A stretch of 64,000 nt of DNA from a virus (taxonomy: Duplodnaviria > Heunggongvirae > Uroviricota > Caudoviricetes), in the IMG/VR virus record IMGVR_UViG_3300033073_001175, positions 1 to 64,000 of that record. One strand, 5' to 3'. The position numbers and the translations under genes were made by a program. The notes below the pieces were generated by a model that saw only the letters and a program-made list of their open reading frames with translations, was not told the DNA's origin and did not search any database. Positions 1 to 7,974 of the stretch are shown piece after piece (position 1 is the first letter of the stretch; every line of letters begins with the position of its first letter).

Positions 1-7
1 CATAAAA

Positions 8-39
8 AAACCTTTGTCATAAACATACAACAAAGGTTT
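8..39 (-). terminator. Putative Rho-independent terminator downstream of the 62..364 gene: 10-bp stem (8-17/30-39) followed by a U-run on the minus strand
   Basis: Inverted repeat AAACCTTTGT/ACAAAGGTTT; A-run 4-10 on plus = U-run on minus transcript; loop is long (12 nt), so weak. Confidence 0.35.
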
Positions 40-61
40 CAACTAATCAATTATTTTATTC

Positions 62-364
62 TTATTTACCGATAATTAAATCATCAAAATCAAGTTTACT
101 CATACCGTCCATTTGTTTGTTGTCTACAAATTCATCGTACATATATGTTTTAACAACTGCAATTATACTTTGTTCAGCTTGGGCAACTTTACTAACCATC
201 CAATCCTCAATTTCTTCATCATCATCCATAGATTCCCACATCTTATGTGCTAAAGTTGCAATGGTAAATAACTGTTGTTTTGTCATACTAGAACCCTTAC
301 CACTTTCGTTTAATGTGCCAACTAATTGATTTAATTGTTTTTCAGATATTACTATTTTTTTCAT
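62..364 (-). CDS. Hypothetical acidic protein (100 aa); N-terminus shares a motif with the next gene
   Basis: Intact ORF; N-term MKKIVISEKQLNQLVGTLNES parallels MGNILITEKQLEELVKTIKEG of 361..1143. Confidence 0.5.
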   Translation of the reverse strand: MKKIVISEKQLNQLVGTLNESGKGSSMTKQQLFTIATLAHKMWESMDDDEEIEDWMVSKVAQAEQSIIAVVKTYMYDEFVDNKQMDGMSKLDFDDLIIGK

Positions 365-1143
365 CGTCTAGTCGCGGTTTTTAATTTTTCAAGTCTTTTA
401 TCGTATTCATTTTTACTAAGTATATGTTTCAACGTATTAAAGTTCCCACCTGGTTTACGTACTTCCCATTTTTTACTTGCGGTTAGATAATATAGTAAAT
501 CGTCATCCGCTAGTTTATATTCACCACTTATCCAATCTTTAAAGAACTTTTCATTATCTGATTCCATACTTATAGGTTTTTCTGTAGTTGGTGTTTTAAT
601 CTCAGGTTCTTTAGAAATACCGACATTTGCGGGTTCTTTAACGGGGATTGGGGTACTTGATGTTTTTGGCGTTGGATTAACGAGTGTTTGTTTTTTATCC
701 GACTTTGGGGTATCTTTTTTATCGGATTCGTAATAGTTAGTTACAATATTTTGTAGGTTTCTAACTGAATATTTATAGTTATCATAATTCGAAATCGCAC
801 CTCTTAAATTAGAAATAATGTTTGATACTATTGGTTCTGTGGTCTCTAACTCTGAAAACTCGACTTCTACATGTTTTAACTCCTTCATTGCGGAAGCCAT
901 ACTTTTTTCGCTATTACGTATTTTTCTTAAGGAATTTTTAATGATATTCATACTCCTACTTAGGTTATAACCTTTACCTGTAAACGCTCCTTTCAATCCT
1001 GCGAATATATTTCCGAATCTTAACGTACCAATATCCCTACCTAAGTCACCTAAAAAACCTTCTTCAAGTTCTTCATCAGAACCTTCTTTGATAGTTTTAA
1101 CTAACTCTTCTAATTGTTTTTCTGTTATTAATATGTTACCCAT
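361..1143 (-). CDS. Hypothetical protein (about 260 aa); start re-assigned to internal Met (MGNILITEKQ...) because the longer ORF would read through the terminator hairpin
   Basis: ORF-track ORF 361..1215; GC hairpin at 1171-1188 lies inside the N-terminal extension; ATG at 1141-1143 gives a start paralogous to 62..364. Confidence 0.5.
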   Translation of the reverse strand: MGNILITEKQLEELVKTIKEGSDEELEEGFLGDLGRDIGTLRFGNIFAGLKGAFTGKGYNLSRSMNIIKNSLRKIRNSEKSMASAMKELKHVEVEFSELETTEPIVSNIISNLRGAISNYDNYKYSVRNLQNIVTNYYESDKKDTPKSDKKQTLVNPTPKTSSTPIPVKEPANVGISKEPEIKTPTTEKPISMESDNEKFFKDWISGEYKLADDDLLYYLTASKKWEVRKPGGNFNTLKHILSKNEYDKRLEKLKTATRR

Positions 1144-1160
1144 AACAATAAATATCATGA

Positions 1161-1190
1161 AAATAAAAAAGGGAGATGTTACTCTCCCTT
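1161..1190 (-). terminator. Rho-independent terminator (GGGAGA-tgttac-TCTCCC + U-run on minus)
   Basis: Perfect 6-bp GC stem 1171-1176/1183-1188; preceded on plus by AAATAAAAAA (U-run for minus transcript). Confidence 0.55.
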
Positions 1191-1238
1191 GGGGCCGATT
1201 ACGGCTATCCACCACCTTATTTTACGAACAAGGAAACG

Positions 1239-2189
1239 TTATTGTTTAATGTTTAGAAAAGTCCCTGAACCACCTGCCATTGTTGTTGGTAATTTACCAT
1301 CCCAAGCCGACGCTTTAACAAATTCTACATACAATGGTGTTAATTCTTTTTGTTTAATCTTCATTGACAGTGCCGCTGCGTTAGCGTTAATAATCGTTTT
1401 TGCGGAATCACCTCGAGCAATTGCGATTTTTTCTTTCGCTTCAGCCTCTGCAACCAACGTTCTTTGTTGTGCCGCCTGTGCTTCTTGTACCGCCTTAGTT
1501 TTACCTTCGATGGCCTGTTGTAATGACTTAGGAGGAATGATATTAGTTCTTAATTGGGACACTTCAAACCATTTGGAAACTCGTTTATTACATTCAGTAA
1601 CGATAGCCGCTTCGAATTGTTCTCTCTGATTAAAAATCGCATCAACTTCCCATCTATTAGCCACGTCATTTACTGAGGACACAATGGCATTTTTTAACCA
1701 TCCTTGTTCAACTTCCTTAATTTCTAATCGTAAGTTTTCAAACATGTCACCAATTGCATCTTCTCGAAGTGAGTAATTGAAAGATGGTTTGATTGTTGCC
1801 GCGAAACCTCCTTTTGTAATCACTGTTTGTTCATCATACTCAATATGTTGTTGGTATAATGGAAATTCCTTAACCTGTTCTGTCCAAGAATTATAAAGAA
1901 CCCATCCTGTTTTATATTGGAAGTCCGATACCCCTCTTGCACCACCTGTTAAATTAACTTTTAATCCTTTATATCCAGTATCAATTCTTTCAAGTGTGAA
2001 AGGTTGGACCATGGACAGGATTAATCCCAAAATAAAAATCCCAACAGGTTTAACGAGCCAAGATACGTTAAACGTTTTACGTGTACCTGAATATCTATCT
2101 TCAGTAACTGTAAACATTTTGTCTCTAGTAGACATTGCGATGAAAACACTAACAATTAGTGTTAAAATAAAAATACCTAATCCAATCAT
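1239..2189 (-). CDS. SPFH/band-7 (prohibitin/HflK-like) membrane protein
   Basis: N-terminal TM helix, then band-7 core and a C-terminal Ala/Glu/Gln-rich coiled coil (QEAQAAQQRTLVAEAEAKEKIAIARGD) typical of HflK/C, YqiK. Confidence 0.75.
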   Translation of the reverse strand: MIGLGIFILTLIVSVFIAMSTRDKMFTVTEDRYSGTRKTFNVSWLVKPVGIFILGLILSMVQPFTLERIDTGYKGLKVNLTGGARGVSDFQYKTGWVLYNSWTEQVKEFPLYQQHIEYDEQTVITKGGFAATIKPSFNYSLREDAIGDMFENLRLEIKEVEQGWLKNAIVSSVNDVANRWEVDAIFNQREQFEAAIVTECNKRVSKWFEVSQLRTNIIPPKSLQQAIEGKTKAVQEAQAAQQRTLVAEAEAKEKIAIARGDSAKTIINANAAALSMKIKQKELTPLYVEFVKASAWDGKLPTTMAGGSGTFLNIKQ

Positions 2190-2380
2190 TTTTCTTCTTT
2201 TTTAGTTTTTAAAAAAATTTTAATAGTTTCGTTTCCTACATACATTAAGAGTCCTACCATACCAACGAAACCTAAAAGTTGGAGGAACCCGTTTATTTCT
2301 CTACTTACGACATACTCTCCGTAAATCGATGTGATTGCAATAAACCCCAACCACATTAAAAACAATTTAAAATACTTCAT
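2186..2380 (-). CDS. Small membrane protein (64 aa, 2 predicted TM)
   Basis: Hydrophobic ORF whose start overlaps the end of the SPFH gene by 4 nt. Confidence 0.4.
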   Translation of the reverse strand: MKYFKLFLMWLGFIAITSIYGEYVVSREINGFLQLLGFVGMVGLLMYVGNETIKIFLKTKKEEK

Positions 2381-2399
2381 TTCATATTATTAGTTTAAT

Positions 2400-2618
2400 T
2401 TATTCAAAACAATCAACATTTTTTTCAATAGTGTCAATACCTATCATTTCTTTATTAGGTTCTTGAGCTGAAACACCATCCAAAGATGTTTTAATTTTTA
2501 ACACTAAAAAGATAAATAAAAATACAGTACCAATCAACAACCATTTTAAAACTATCTTCCAAAATCTATAGATTATGTAAAGGGTGATACCTATCGCAAT
2601 TAACCATTCCATGTTCAA
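2400..2618 (-). CDS. Small membrane protein (72 aa)
   Basis: Two hydrophobic helices; compact spacing. Confidence 0.4.
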   Translation of the reverse strand: MNMEWLIAIGITLYIIYRFWKIVLKWLLIGTVFLFIFLVLKIKTSLDGVSAQEPNKEMIGIDTIEKNVDCFE

Positions 2619-2620
2619 AA

Positions 2621-2929
2621 TTATTTAGTTACTAAAGCTTCGATTTTACTTTTTGCGTGGTCAGCTAAATCATACTTATCTACTGAAGTTAAAACGATTG
2701 AGTCAACCAAATGTTTGTATGGTACGTGTACCAAGAAGTCAACACCATTAAAGAAAGTTAAGTCATTCTTAAGTTCAAGACACCCATGGACCATCTTTAA
2801 AAATATTTTAAATTGTGTTGCATCTACGAATGTTTCGTTGATTAATCTTCCGAACTTTTCGTTCTCGATTCTGATATTGTAAGTTGACGTATTCATATTT
2901 TTCAAATTATTTAGACAAATATAAGACAA
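2621..2929 (-). CDS. Hypothetical protein (102 aa)
   Basis: ORF tightly packed with neighbours. Confidence 0.45.
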   Translation of the reverse strand: MSYICLNNLKNMNTSTYNIRIENEKFGRLINETFVDATQFKIFLKMVHGCLELKNDLTFFNGVDFLVHVPYKHLVDSIVLTSVDKYDLADHAKSKIEALVTK

Positions 2930-3742
2930 TTAATTCATTTTTCCTAATGCTTCAATTATAGAATCAACACTGTTATTACCCATGTAAGTACGGTCAATAT
3001 TAAAAACTACTTCACCATTAACCTCTTTGTAAGAAAGAACAATAACACTTCCATTACTATGTTTAACAACTATTTGGTTAATGTTAGTACTGATTCCATT
3101 TTCATTTCTACCACCGAAATCAACTTGTGTGTTGATACCCCAATACTTATCAAACGCCAATCTAAATGCTCTTGTTTTGAGTTCGGCTTGTTTTTGTCTA
3201 ATATTGTGAGTATTCCAAAGACTTTCAACATGGTCCTTAATTTTTTGTACAACAGGTTTTCCTGTTTTGTAGTATTTTTTGTCATTATCCCAATTACAAC
3301 TAACTTTAAGTTTGTAACCGTGGCTAACAGTTCTCCAAGAACCTCTTGGATTTGTTTTATGTTCTTCAACATAAACTCTGATTCGATTGCTCTCACCTTC
3401 AGGTAGTTTACCTGTGTAAACAATCTCCATGTCATTATAATCAACGGAAATCTCGCCAACCAAAACTCTTTGCGAGTTATAGTTATACTTACCTTCAGCA
3501 TCAACAATGTAAGGTTGTACTTGATATCTTTGAGTTCTAGAAGTTCTCTTTAATTCAAATTCAGAAGAGTATTTAAGTAACTCCTTGAAATACTTAACCC
3601 ACTCGGATTCGTAGTTATTTCTATCAGCTTTAAATGTGTCTGCGTTTCTTTGTACGCTAGCGATGGTTTCTTTAATATGTTTCTGTTGTAGTTCTTTCTG
3701 TGTCATGGCGTAAGGGTGTTTGTATCCGTTTGTAGAATACAA
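2930..3742 (-). CDS. Hypothetical protein (270 aa)
   Basis: Long ORF, no recognised motif. Confidence 0.5.
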   Translation of the reverse strand: MYSTNGYKHPYAMTQKELQQKHIKETIASVQRNADTFKADRNNYESEWVKYFKELLKYSSEFELKRTSRTQRYQVQPYIVDAEGKYNYNSQRVLVGEISVDYNDMEIVYTGKLPEGESNRIRVYVEEHKTNPRGSWRTVSHGYKLKVSCNWDNDKKYYKTGKPVVQKIKDHVESLWNTHNIRQKQAELKTRAFRLAFDKYWGINTQVDFGGRNENGISTNINQIVVKHSNGSVIVLSYKEVNGEVVFNIDRTYMGNNSVDSIIEALGKMN

Positions 3743-3774
3743 AGATAGTAAAAAATATTACACCACCAAAATTA

Positions 3775-4011
3775 TTATTCAGTTTTACCAATAAAAGATT
3801 GTCGTTTGGAGGTTACTCTTGCTTCAAGTGGCCAAATAACACTATATTGATAATCTCTCCAATACTTATCAGGAGTAATTTTCATTAGTTGTTTTTCAAA
3901 ATTTCTAACCAATTGTTTGGCGGTAAAAGTTTGCTGATACGTTTCACAAGAGTCAATTACCTTTTCTAACCATTTTGCCACGTCTCCGTAGTGTCTACTT
4001 CTTTGTTCCAT
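3775..4011 (-). CDS. Hypothetical protein (about 78 aa); start trimmed to avoid an 89-nt overlap with smpB
   Basis: Internal Met MEQRSRHYGDVAKW at 4009-4011 sits immediately after the smpB stop. Confidence 0.4.
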   Translation of the reverse strand: MEQRSRHYGDVAKWLEKVIDSCETYQQTFTAKQLVRNFEKQLMKITPDKYWRDYQYSVIWPLEARVTSKRQSFIGKTE

Positions 4012-4012
4012 A

Positions 4013-4444
4013 TTAATATTCTTTTTTAAGTTCTCTGGATATATCTCTTTCTTTAATCGTTTCTCTTTTATCATATAGTTTTTTACCTCGACCCAATACA
4101 ATCTCCATTTTAACGATACCTCTATCGTTCATGAAAATTTTATACGGTAAAATAGTTAAACCTTTAACCAAACTATTACTCAACTTATTCAATTCTTTTT
4201 TCTTAAGTAATAATTTTCGGTCTCTCTTGGCACTGTGAGTAAAAGCGTCTTTAGTTTCGGAAATTAAAATATTCTTTATGAATAATTCACCATTATTAAA
4301 ATAACAAAATGAATCGTTCATTGAAATCTTTCCGTTTCTTATGGACTTTATCTCGGTACCTTGTAATACGACACCAGCAATATAGGTATCTAAAATGTGA
4401 TACTCAAATTTTACCTTTCGATTTTCAATATATGTTTTACCCAT
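4013..4444 (-). CDS. smpB: SsrA-binding protein SmpB (trans-translation factor)
   Basis: Near-colinear match to bacterial SmpB: FEYHILDTYIAGVVLQGTEIKSIRNGKISMNDSF ... RKLLLKKKELNKL ... KGLTILPYKIF ... VKMEIVLGRGKKLYDKRETIKERD (cf. E. coli [34 protein letters not shown] ... RKLLLNQREL ... GYTVVALSLYW ... [22 protein letters not shown]). Confidence 0.9.
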   Translation of the reverse strand: MGKTYIENRKVKFEYHILDTYIAGVVLQGTEIKSIRNGKISMNDSFCYFNNGELFIKNILISETKDAFTHSAKRDRKLLLKKKELNKLSNSLVKGLTILPYKIFMNDRGIVKMEIVLGRGKKLYDKRETIKERDISRELKKEY

Positions 4445-4465
4445 AAGAACAAAGGTAGTAAATAA

Positions 4466-4503
4466 AATGAAAAAACCCTAACAAATCGCTAAATTTGTTA
4501 GGG
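4466..4503 (-). terminator. Rho-independent terminator between the NUDIX gene and smpB
   Basis: 11-bp perfect stem CCCTAACAAAT/ATTTGTTAGGG (4476-4486/4493-4503); A-run 4469-4475 = U-run on the minus transcript. Confidence 0.6.
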
Positions 4504-4583
4504 TTAATTACTACCAACTTAAAGAAAGGGGTTGTTGGGGCTATGTAGGATATAAATACTTTTATTTTATAAAAAAGTATAAG

Positions 4584-5000
4584 TTATTTTAAAATTTTTT
4601 CAATTATACCGTGTAACTGAGTGTTTTTCTTTATCGGAAGGTTATTTAATTTAAAATAACCATAGTCGATGTGTTCATTTCCGTCTTGAGCGTTTTCCAA
4701 GTCAGGTATTATTTTGTCGTCAGAATTCAGTAAGAAAACATAAAAAAGCCCTTCAGAATCATTTTTACCTTTAGTTTTACCATTCATAAAACCAATAAGT
4801 TTTACTTTACCCTTTACTTTATGACCTGTTTCTTCAAAGAATTCTCGTTTGGCACCAATCATCGCATTTTCACCATCCTCAACATGACCGCAAGGTATTG
4901 ACCATTGTCCTGGCATATCTCCTTCATAATTGCGTTGACACATGAGAACCTCGTCCCCACATTTCACAATTATTCCCGCATATCTTTTTGGTTGTTTCAT
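4584..5000 (-). CDS. NUDIX hydrolase
   Basis: Nudix box GHVEDGENAMIGAKREFFEETGH (GX5EX7REUXEEXGU); start placed at MKQPKRYAGIIV; the longer ORF to 5087 adds a hydrophobic, probably spurious extension. Confidence 0.85.
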   Translation of the reverse strand: MKQPKRYAGIIVKCGDEVLMCQRNYEGDMPGQWSIPCGHVEDGENAMIGAKREFFEETGHKVKGKVKLIGFMNGKTKGKNDSEGLFYVFLLNSDDKIIPDLENAQDGNEHIDYGYFKLNNLPIKKNTQLHGIIEKILK

Positions 5001-5025
5001 TACAATTGTTGATATATTTATAAGT

Positions 5026-5367
5026 ATGAGATTAAAGATAAAAAATAATACATTTAAAATCAAAACAGTTTTTTCACAAAAAGACACTCAAAAAGGAATG
5101 ATGGGTCGTGATTTTGATTCGACATTTAACGGTATGTTATTTTTAATGCCTCGTGGTGAGCATTGTTTTTGGATGAAAAACTGTATTACAAAACTAGATA
5201 TTATTTTTATAGATGGTAATAAAATTACCGAAATACACCATAGTTGTCCACCATGTGTTTCTAAAAATTGCGAAAACTATTGTGGTGAAGGTGATATGAT
5301 ACTAGAGATAAAAGGTGGTTCTTGTAAAAAAATGGGTATTGAAGTTGGTGATGTTATCAACTTTTAA
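5026..5367 (+). CDS. DUF192 (COG1430) family protein; lone plus-strand gene
   Basis: GMMGRDFD ... GMLFLMPRGEHCFWMKNCITKLDIIFIDGNKITEI matches the DUF192 core (GLM.R ... MLF.f ... fWMkNT.ipLDiiFid); start chosen at MRLKIKNN. Confidence 0.55.
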   Translation: MRLKIKNNTFKIKTVFSQKDTQKGMMGRDFDSTFNGMLFLMPRGEHCFWMKNCITKLDIIFIDGNKITEIHHSCPPCVSKNCENYCGEGDMILEIKGGSCKKMGIEVGDVINF

Positions 5368-6760
5368 TTTTATCCTGTAAAACTTTCACAAATTCATTTT
5401 GTATCATCTTAGTAAACTTAACGTAAGGTGAATCATCTGACTCAGCATTATATTTGTATTTACCCACTGGTGGTCTTTTACTTCTACCCATATAATTTAA
5501 ACCCGAAATGTTTGTAATACATTTATGTCCTCCACTATTTGCTTGAATAATGTCCCAAGCCGTTACAGTAATACCATCAAGAAACTCTTTTTCATCTTCA
5601 CTTAATGATGTAAAAGGTTCTGACATCATTTCTCCAACACTTCTTAATTTTTCTTTACCATTCTTCATGGTTTTATATTTATCACCATAAATCGCGACAA
5701 AATCTTTAAAAGTAAACCCAACCGAAAGTTCTCCAAATTCTTTAGAAGATTCTGAAATCCATTTTATTGTTGAGAGGGGAATTTCTCTACTTTTAAGTTG
5801 TGATTCCCATTTACTAAGAACCTCTTGAGCAATTTCGCCTAAGTTAACACCTTTTAATTCTCTATCCTCTTTAAATGGGTTACAAGATGCTTGGACCAAT
5901 CCTAATGGCCATGCTATTACAAGAAAATCCGCTTCAGGATTATTTTTAAATGGTGTATATCTATCGTAAGAACCTGGTAAAGTCATTTTACCTCCTCCGT
6001 ACTGAACGATTACGTTACCCATAACTTTAACATTAGGATGACTTTTCATTTGTTCGATATACCCTTCTCTATTTTTTTGTAACATCTCCTCACTCGCATA
6101 ACCTTTTTCAGACATAATTCGTTTTATATTCTGAAGTAAGTTCATAATTGATGGTGTAGTAGTCATTACAAGTTCCTCTAAGAAACCAGGTTTGTTTTTA
6201 AACGCTAATAACAATTTATTAGCAACTAAACCTAAAGCCATTTTATTTCTTTGTAGACTCTTATCTTTGTCTAATCTGAACAAGTAATTAATAACCTCAT
6301 CAACACTTATCTTATTGGTTGCATAGTTTGCCGAATCAACGGTTGAAATTAGTAATAGGTCATCGCTTGAGAATATTTCTTTAGGTGATACTATTTGTGA
6401 TATTGTTTCAACATTTGACCTAGATTGTCTAAATGAAGTTGACTTAGTATCTTCAGCACCCGCTTGTCTATCGTGGTGGTCCGTATGAATTACGAACATT
6501 GGTTTACCATGAGCAAAATCAACCAACACAGGCATAACATCCCCTTTAGCATCATTCTTTTTAACTGCAAATTCTTTATCCCCATATTGTATGATATGAG
6601 CGTCAATTACTTTTATCCCATTATTTTCTAAATAATGTTTCATGGCGATTGCCGTTGTAACACCATCTAAATCTTGGTGAAAATATATCTCGGCCTTTGG
6701 GTATCTTTTAGATAATTGTTTTATATCTCTTAATCCGCTCTCGTTAATTAATCTCTTCAC
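5357..6760 (-). CDS. DHH/DHHA1-family phosphoesterase (NrnA/RecJ/GdpP superfamily)
   Basis: Motif I FHQDLDGVTTAIAM, motif III VIHTDHHDRQ, C-terminal DHHA1 GGH motif (IIQANSGGHKC). Confidence 0.75.
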   Translation of the reverse strand: MKRLINESGLRDIKQLSKRYPKAEIYFHQDLDGVTTAIAMKHYLENNGIKVIDAHIIQYGDKEFAVKKNDAKGDVMPVLVDFAHGKPMFVIHTDHHDRQAGAEDTKSTSFRQSRSNVETISQIVSPKEIFSSDDLLLISTVDSANYATNKISVDEVINYLFRLDKDKSLQRNKMALGLVANKLLLAFKNKPGFLEELVMTTTPSIMNLLQNIKRIMSEKGYASEEMLQKNREGYIEQMKSHPNVKVMGNVIVQYGGGKMTLPGSYDRYTPFKNNPEADFLVIAWPLGLVQASCNPFKEDRELKGVNLGEIAQEVLSKWESQLKSREIPLSTIKWISESSKEFGELSVGFTFKDFVAIYGDKYKTMKNGKEKLRSVGEMMSEPFTSLSEDEKEFLDGITVTAWDIIQANSGGHKCITNISGLNYMGRSKRPPVGKYKYNAESDDSPYVKFTKMIQNEFVKVLQDKIKS

Positions 6761-6765
6761 TACTC

Positions 6766-7911
6766 TTAAATAAATAATTTAGTTAATATTGATACAGGGT
6801 CAATTCCTCCTCCTGTTGAGGACTGTGTTGCGGGTGCTGCAACTGTTGATGGTGGTGGAGCGACCGCTCCTTCCATATCTTGAGCCCAAAGTTTTTGTGA
6901 TTCAGGTAGTTGAGCATATTCTTCATATTTCTTACTAATACCTTCACCATATTTTTCTTCTAATTCGTCAGGACCAACAAAGTTTGCAATTCCTAACCAA
7001 TCTAAAAATCCCGCATAAAATTTAGTTCTTCTCATTAAAGACCTTGTGGCGGGATTACCCCCAAAAATTCTAGGGACACCAGCATTAAATTTAGAACCTA
7101 AACTAGCATCCGATTTCATAAAACTAAGCCAACTATTTTTACCTGTACCAAAATCTCTAAAAATCCTAACAGGATTTTGTTTTGTTAAAACACTTAATTC
7201 TGTCTTTTCAGCCGCGGTTAATGGTTTTTGTACTTTTACACCTTTACCAATTTTACTTAAGTCTTTAACAGTTTTCACACCTTCAACACCTTGTTTTATT
7301 GCGGATTTTTCAGTCTTCATTACTTTACCAGCATCTTCAAATACTTTTACATAGTCAGTAACACCTTTCATCATACCACCTGATACTTTTCCACTTCCCC
7401 CAAGTTTAGATAATAAACTTGTACTCCATTTTGGAGTTTCAGCAACGAATTTAGATAATGGTCCTCCAGCGGCTTTAGCGGCTTCAGCGACTTTAACGGC
7501 ATCACCTGCTGCTGCGGCCGTTCTAAACATTTTAACAGAGTCCCCTCCTAATTTTAACACACCTATTACAGGTTTAGCAATTATATCACCTAATATTGGT
7601 AAAACAGATATCCATGATAAAATCGCAAATAATTTATCACCTTGCCTCCAATAACTAATCCCGTTAACTAAATCAACAATCCCTGTTGGGTCAAAGATAC
7701 CAACAATGTCCCCCACAGTATTATACCATCTTGATTCTTTTAGTAGATATGATTTTTCAGGGTAAATTGACTTTAGTGTTTCAATAACAAATGTTCTATC
7801 TTTACCAGGTAATTTGTCCCATTTTTCATTAATATAGTTAAGTTGTTCCTCTTTATAAATTTGGACCAATCTTTCTTTTAAATCATTCTCATTTATATAA
7901 GCATTATTCAT
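6766..7911 (-). CDS. Hypothetical protein (381 aa) with a Gly/Ala/Lys-rich central region
   Basis: Long ORF; low-complexity AAAAGDAVKVAEAAKAAGG. Confidence 0.5.
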   Translation of the reverse strand: MNNAYINENDLKERLVQIYKEEQLNYINEKWDKLPGKDRTFVIETLKSIYPEKSYLLKESRWYNTVGDIVGIFDPTGIVDLVNGISYWRQGDKLFAILSWISVLPILGDIIAKPVIGVLKLGGDSVKMFRTAAAAGDAVKVAEAAKAAGGPLSKFVAETPKWSTSLLSKLGGSGKVSGGMMKGVTDYVKVFEDAGKVMKTEKSAIKQGVEGVKTVKDLSKIGKGVKVQKPLTAAEKTELSVLTKQNPVRIFRDFGTGKNSWLSFMKSDASLGSKFNAGVPRIFGGNPATRSLMRRTKFYAGFLDWLGIANFVGPDELEEKYGEGISKKYEEYAQLPESQKLWAQDMEGAVAPPPSTVAAPATQSSTGGGIDPVSILTKLFI

Positions 7912-7940
7912 TATAAAATGTTTTACTATAAATACCTACA

Positions 7941-7974
7941 TAAATTAAAAATCCCACTTATAACTGTGGGATTT
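7941..7974 (-). terminator. Terminator hairpin overlapping the stop of the MTase gene
   Basis: AAATCCCAC-ttataact-GTGGGATTT (9-bp stem), flanked by A/T runs on both sides. Confidence 0.5.

Noticed and set aside
117-329. 70-aa plus-strand ORF
   Set aside because: It lies entirely antisense within the 62..364 gene and has low-complexity Ser-run content typical of a shadow ORF.
361-1215. Longer 284-aa version of the 361..1143 gene
   Set aside because: The upstream extension (MVDSRNRPQGRVTSPFF ...) spans the GC terminator hairpin, and the internal start gives an N-terminus paralogous to the neighbouring gene.
1189-1629. 146-aa plus-strand ORF
   Set aside because: It is antisense to the SPFH gene with a Cys/Ala-rich nonsense composition, so it is a shadow ORF.
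3059-3507. Overlapping ORFs 3059..3406 (+) and 3070..3507 (-)
   Set aside because: They are alternative-frame ORFs inside the 2930..3742 gene with AT-rich codon noise.
4445-4583. Possible tmRNA/tRNA/small RNA near smpB
   Set aside because: The gap is only about 140 nt and contains a terminator hairpin. No tRNA-like T-arm (GTTCGAATCC-like) or tag-peptide frame was found, and no gap in the window can hold a tmRNA of about 350 nt.
4584-5087. Longer 167-aa NUDIX ORF with a hydrophobic leader
   Set aside because: The leader (MSFCEKTVLILNVLFFIF ...) is not part of the Nudix fold and overlaps the promoter region, so the internal Met is preferred.
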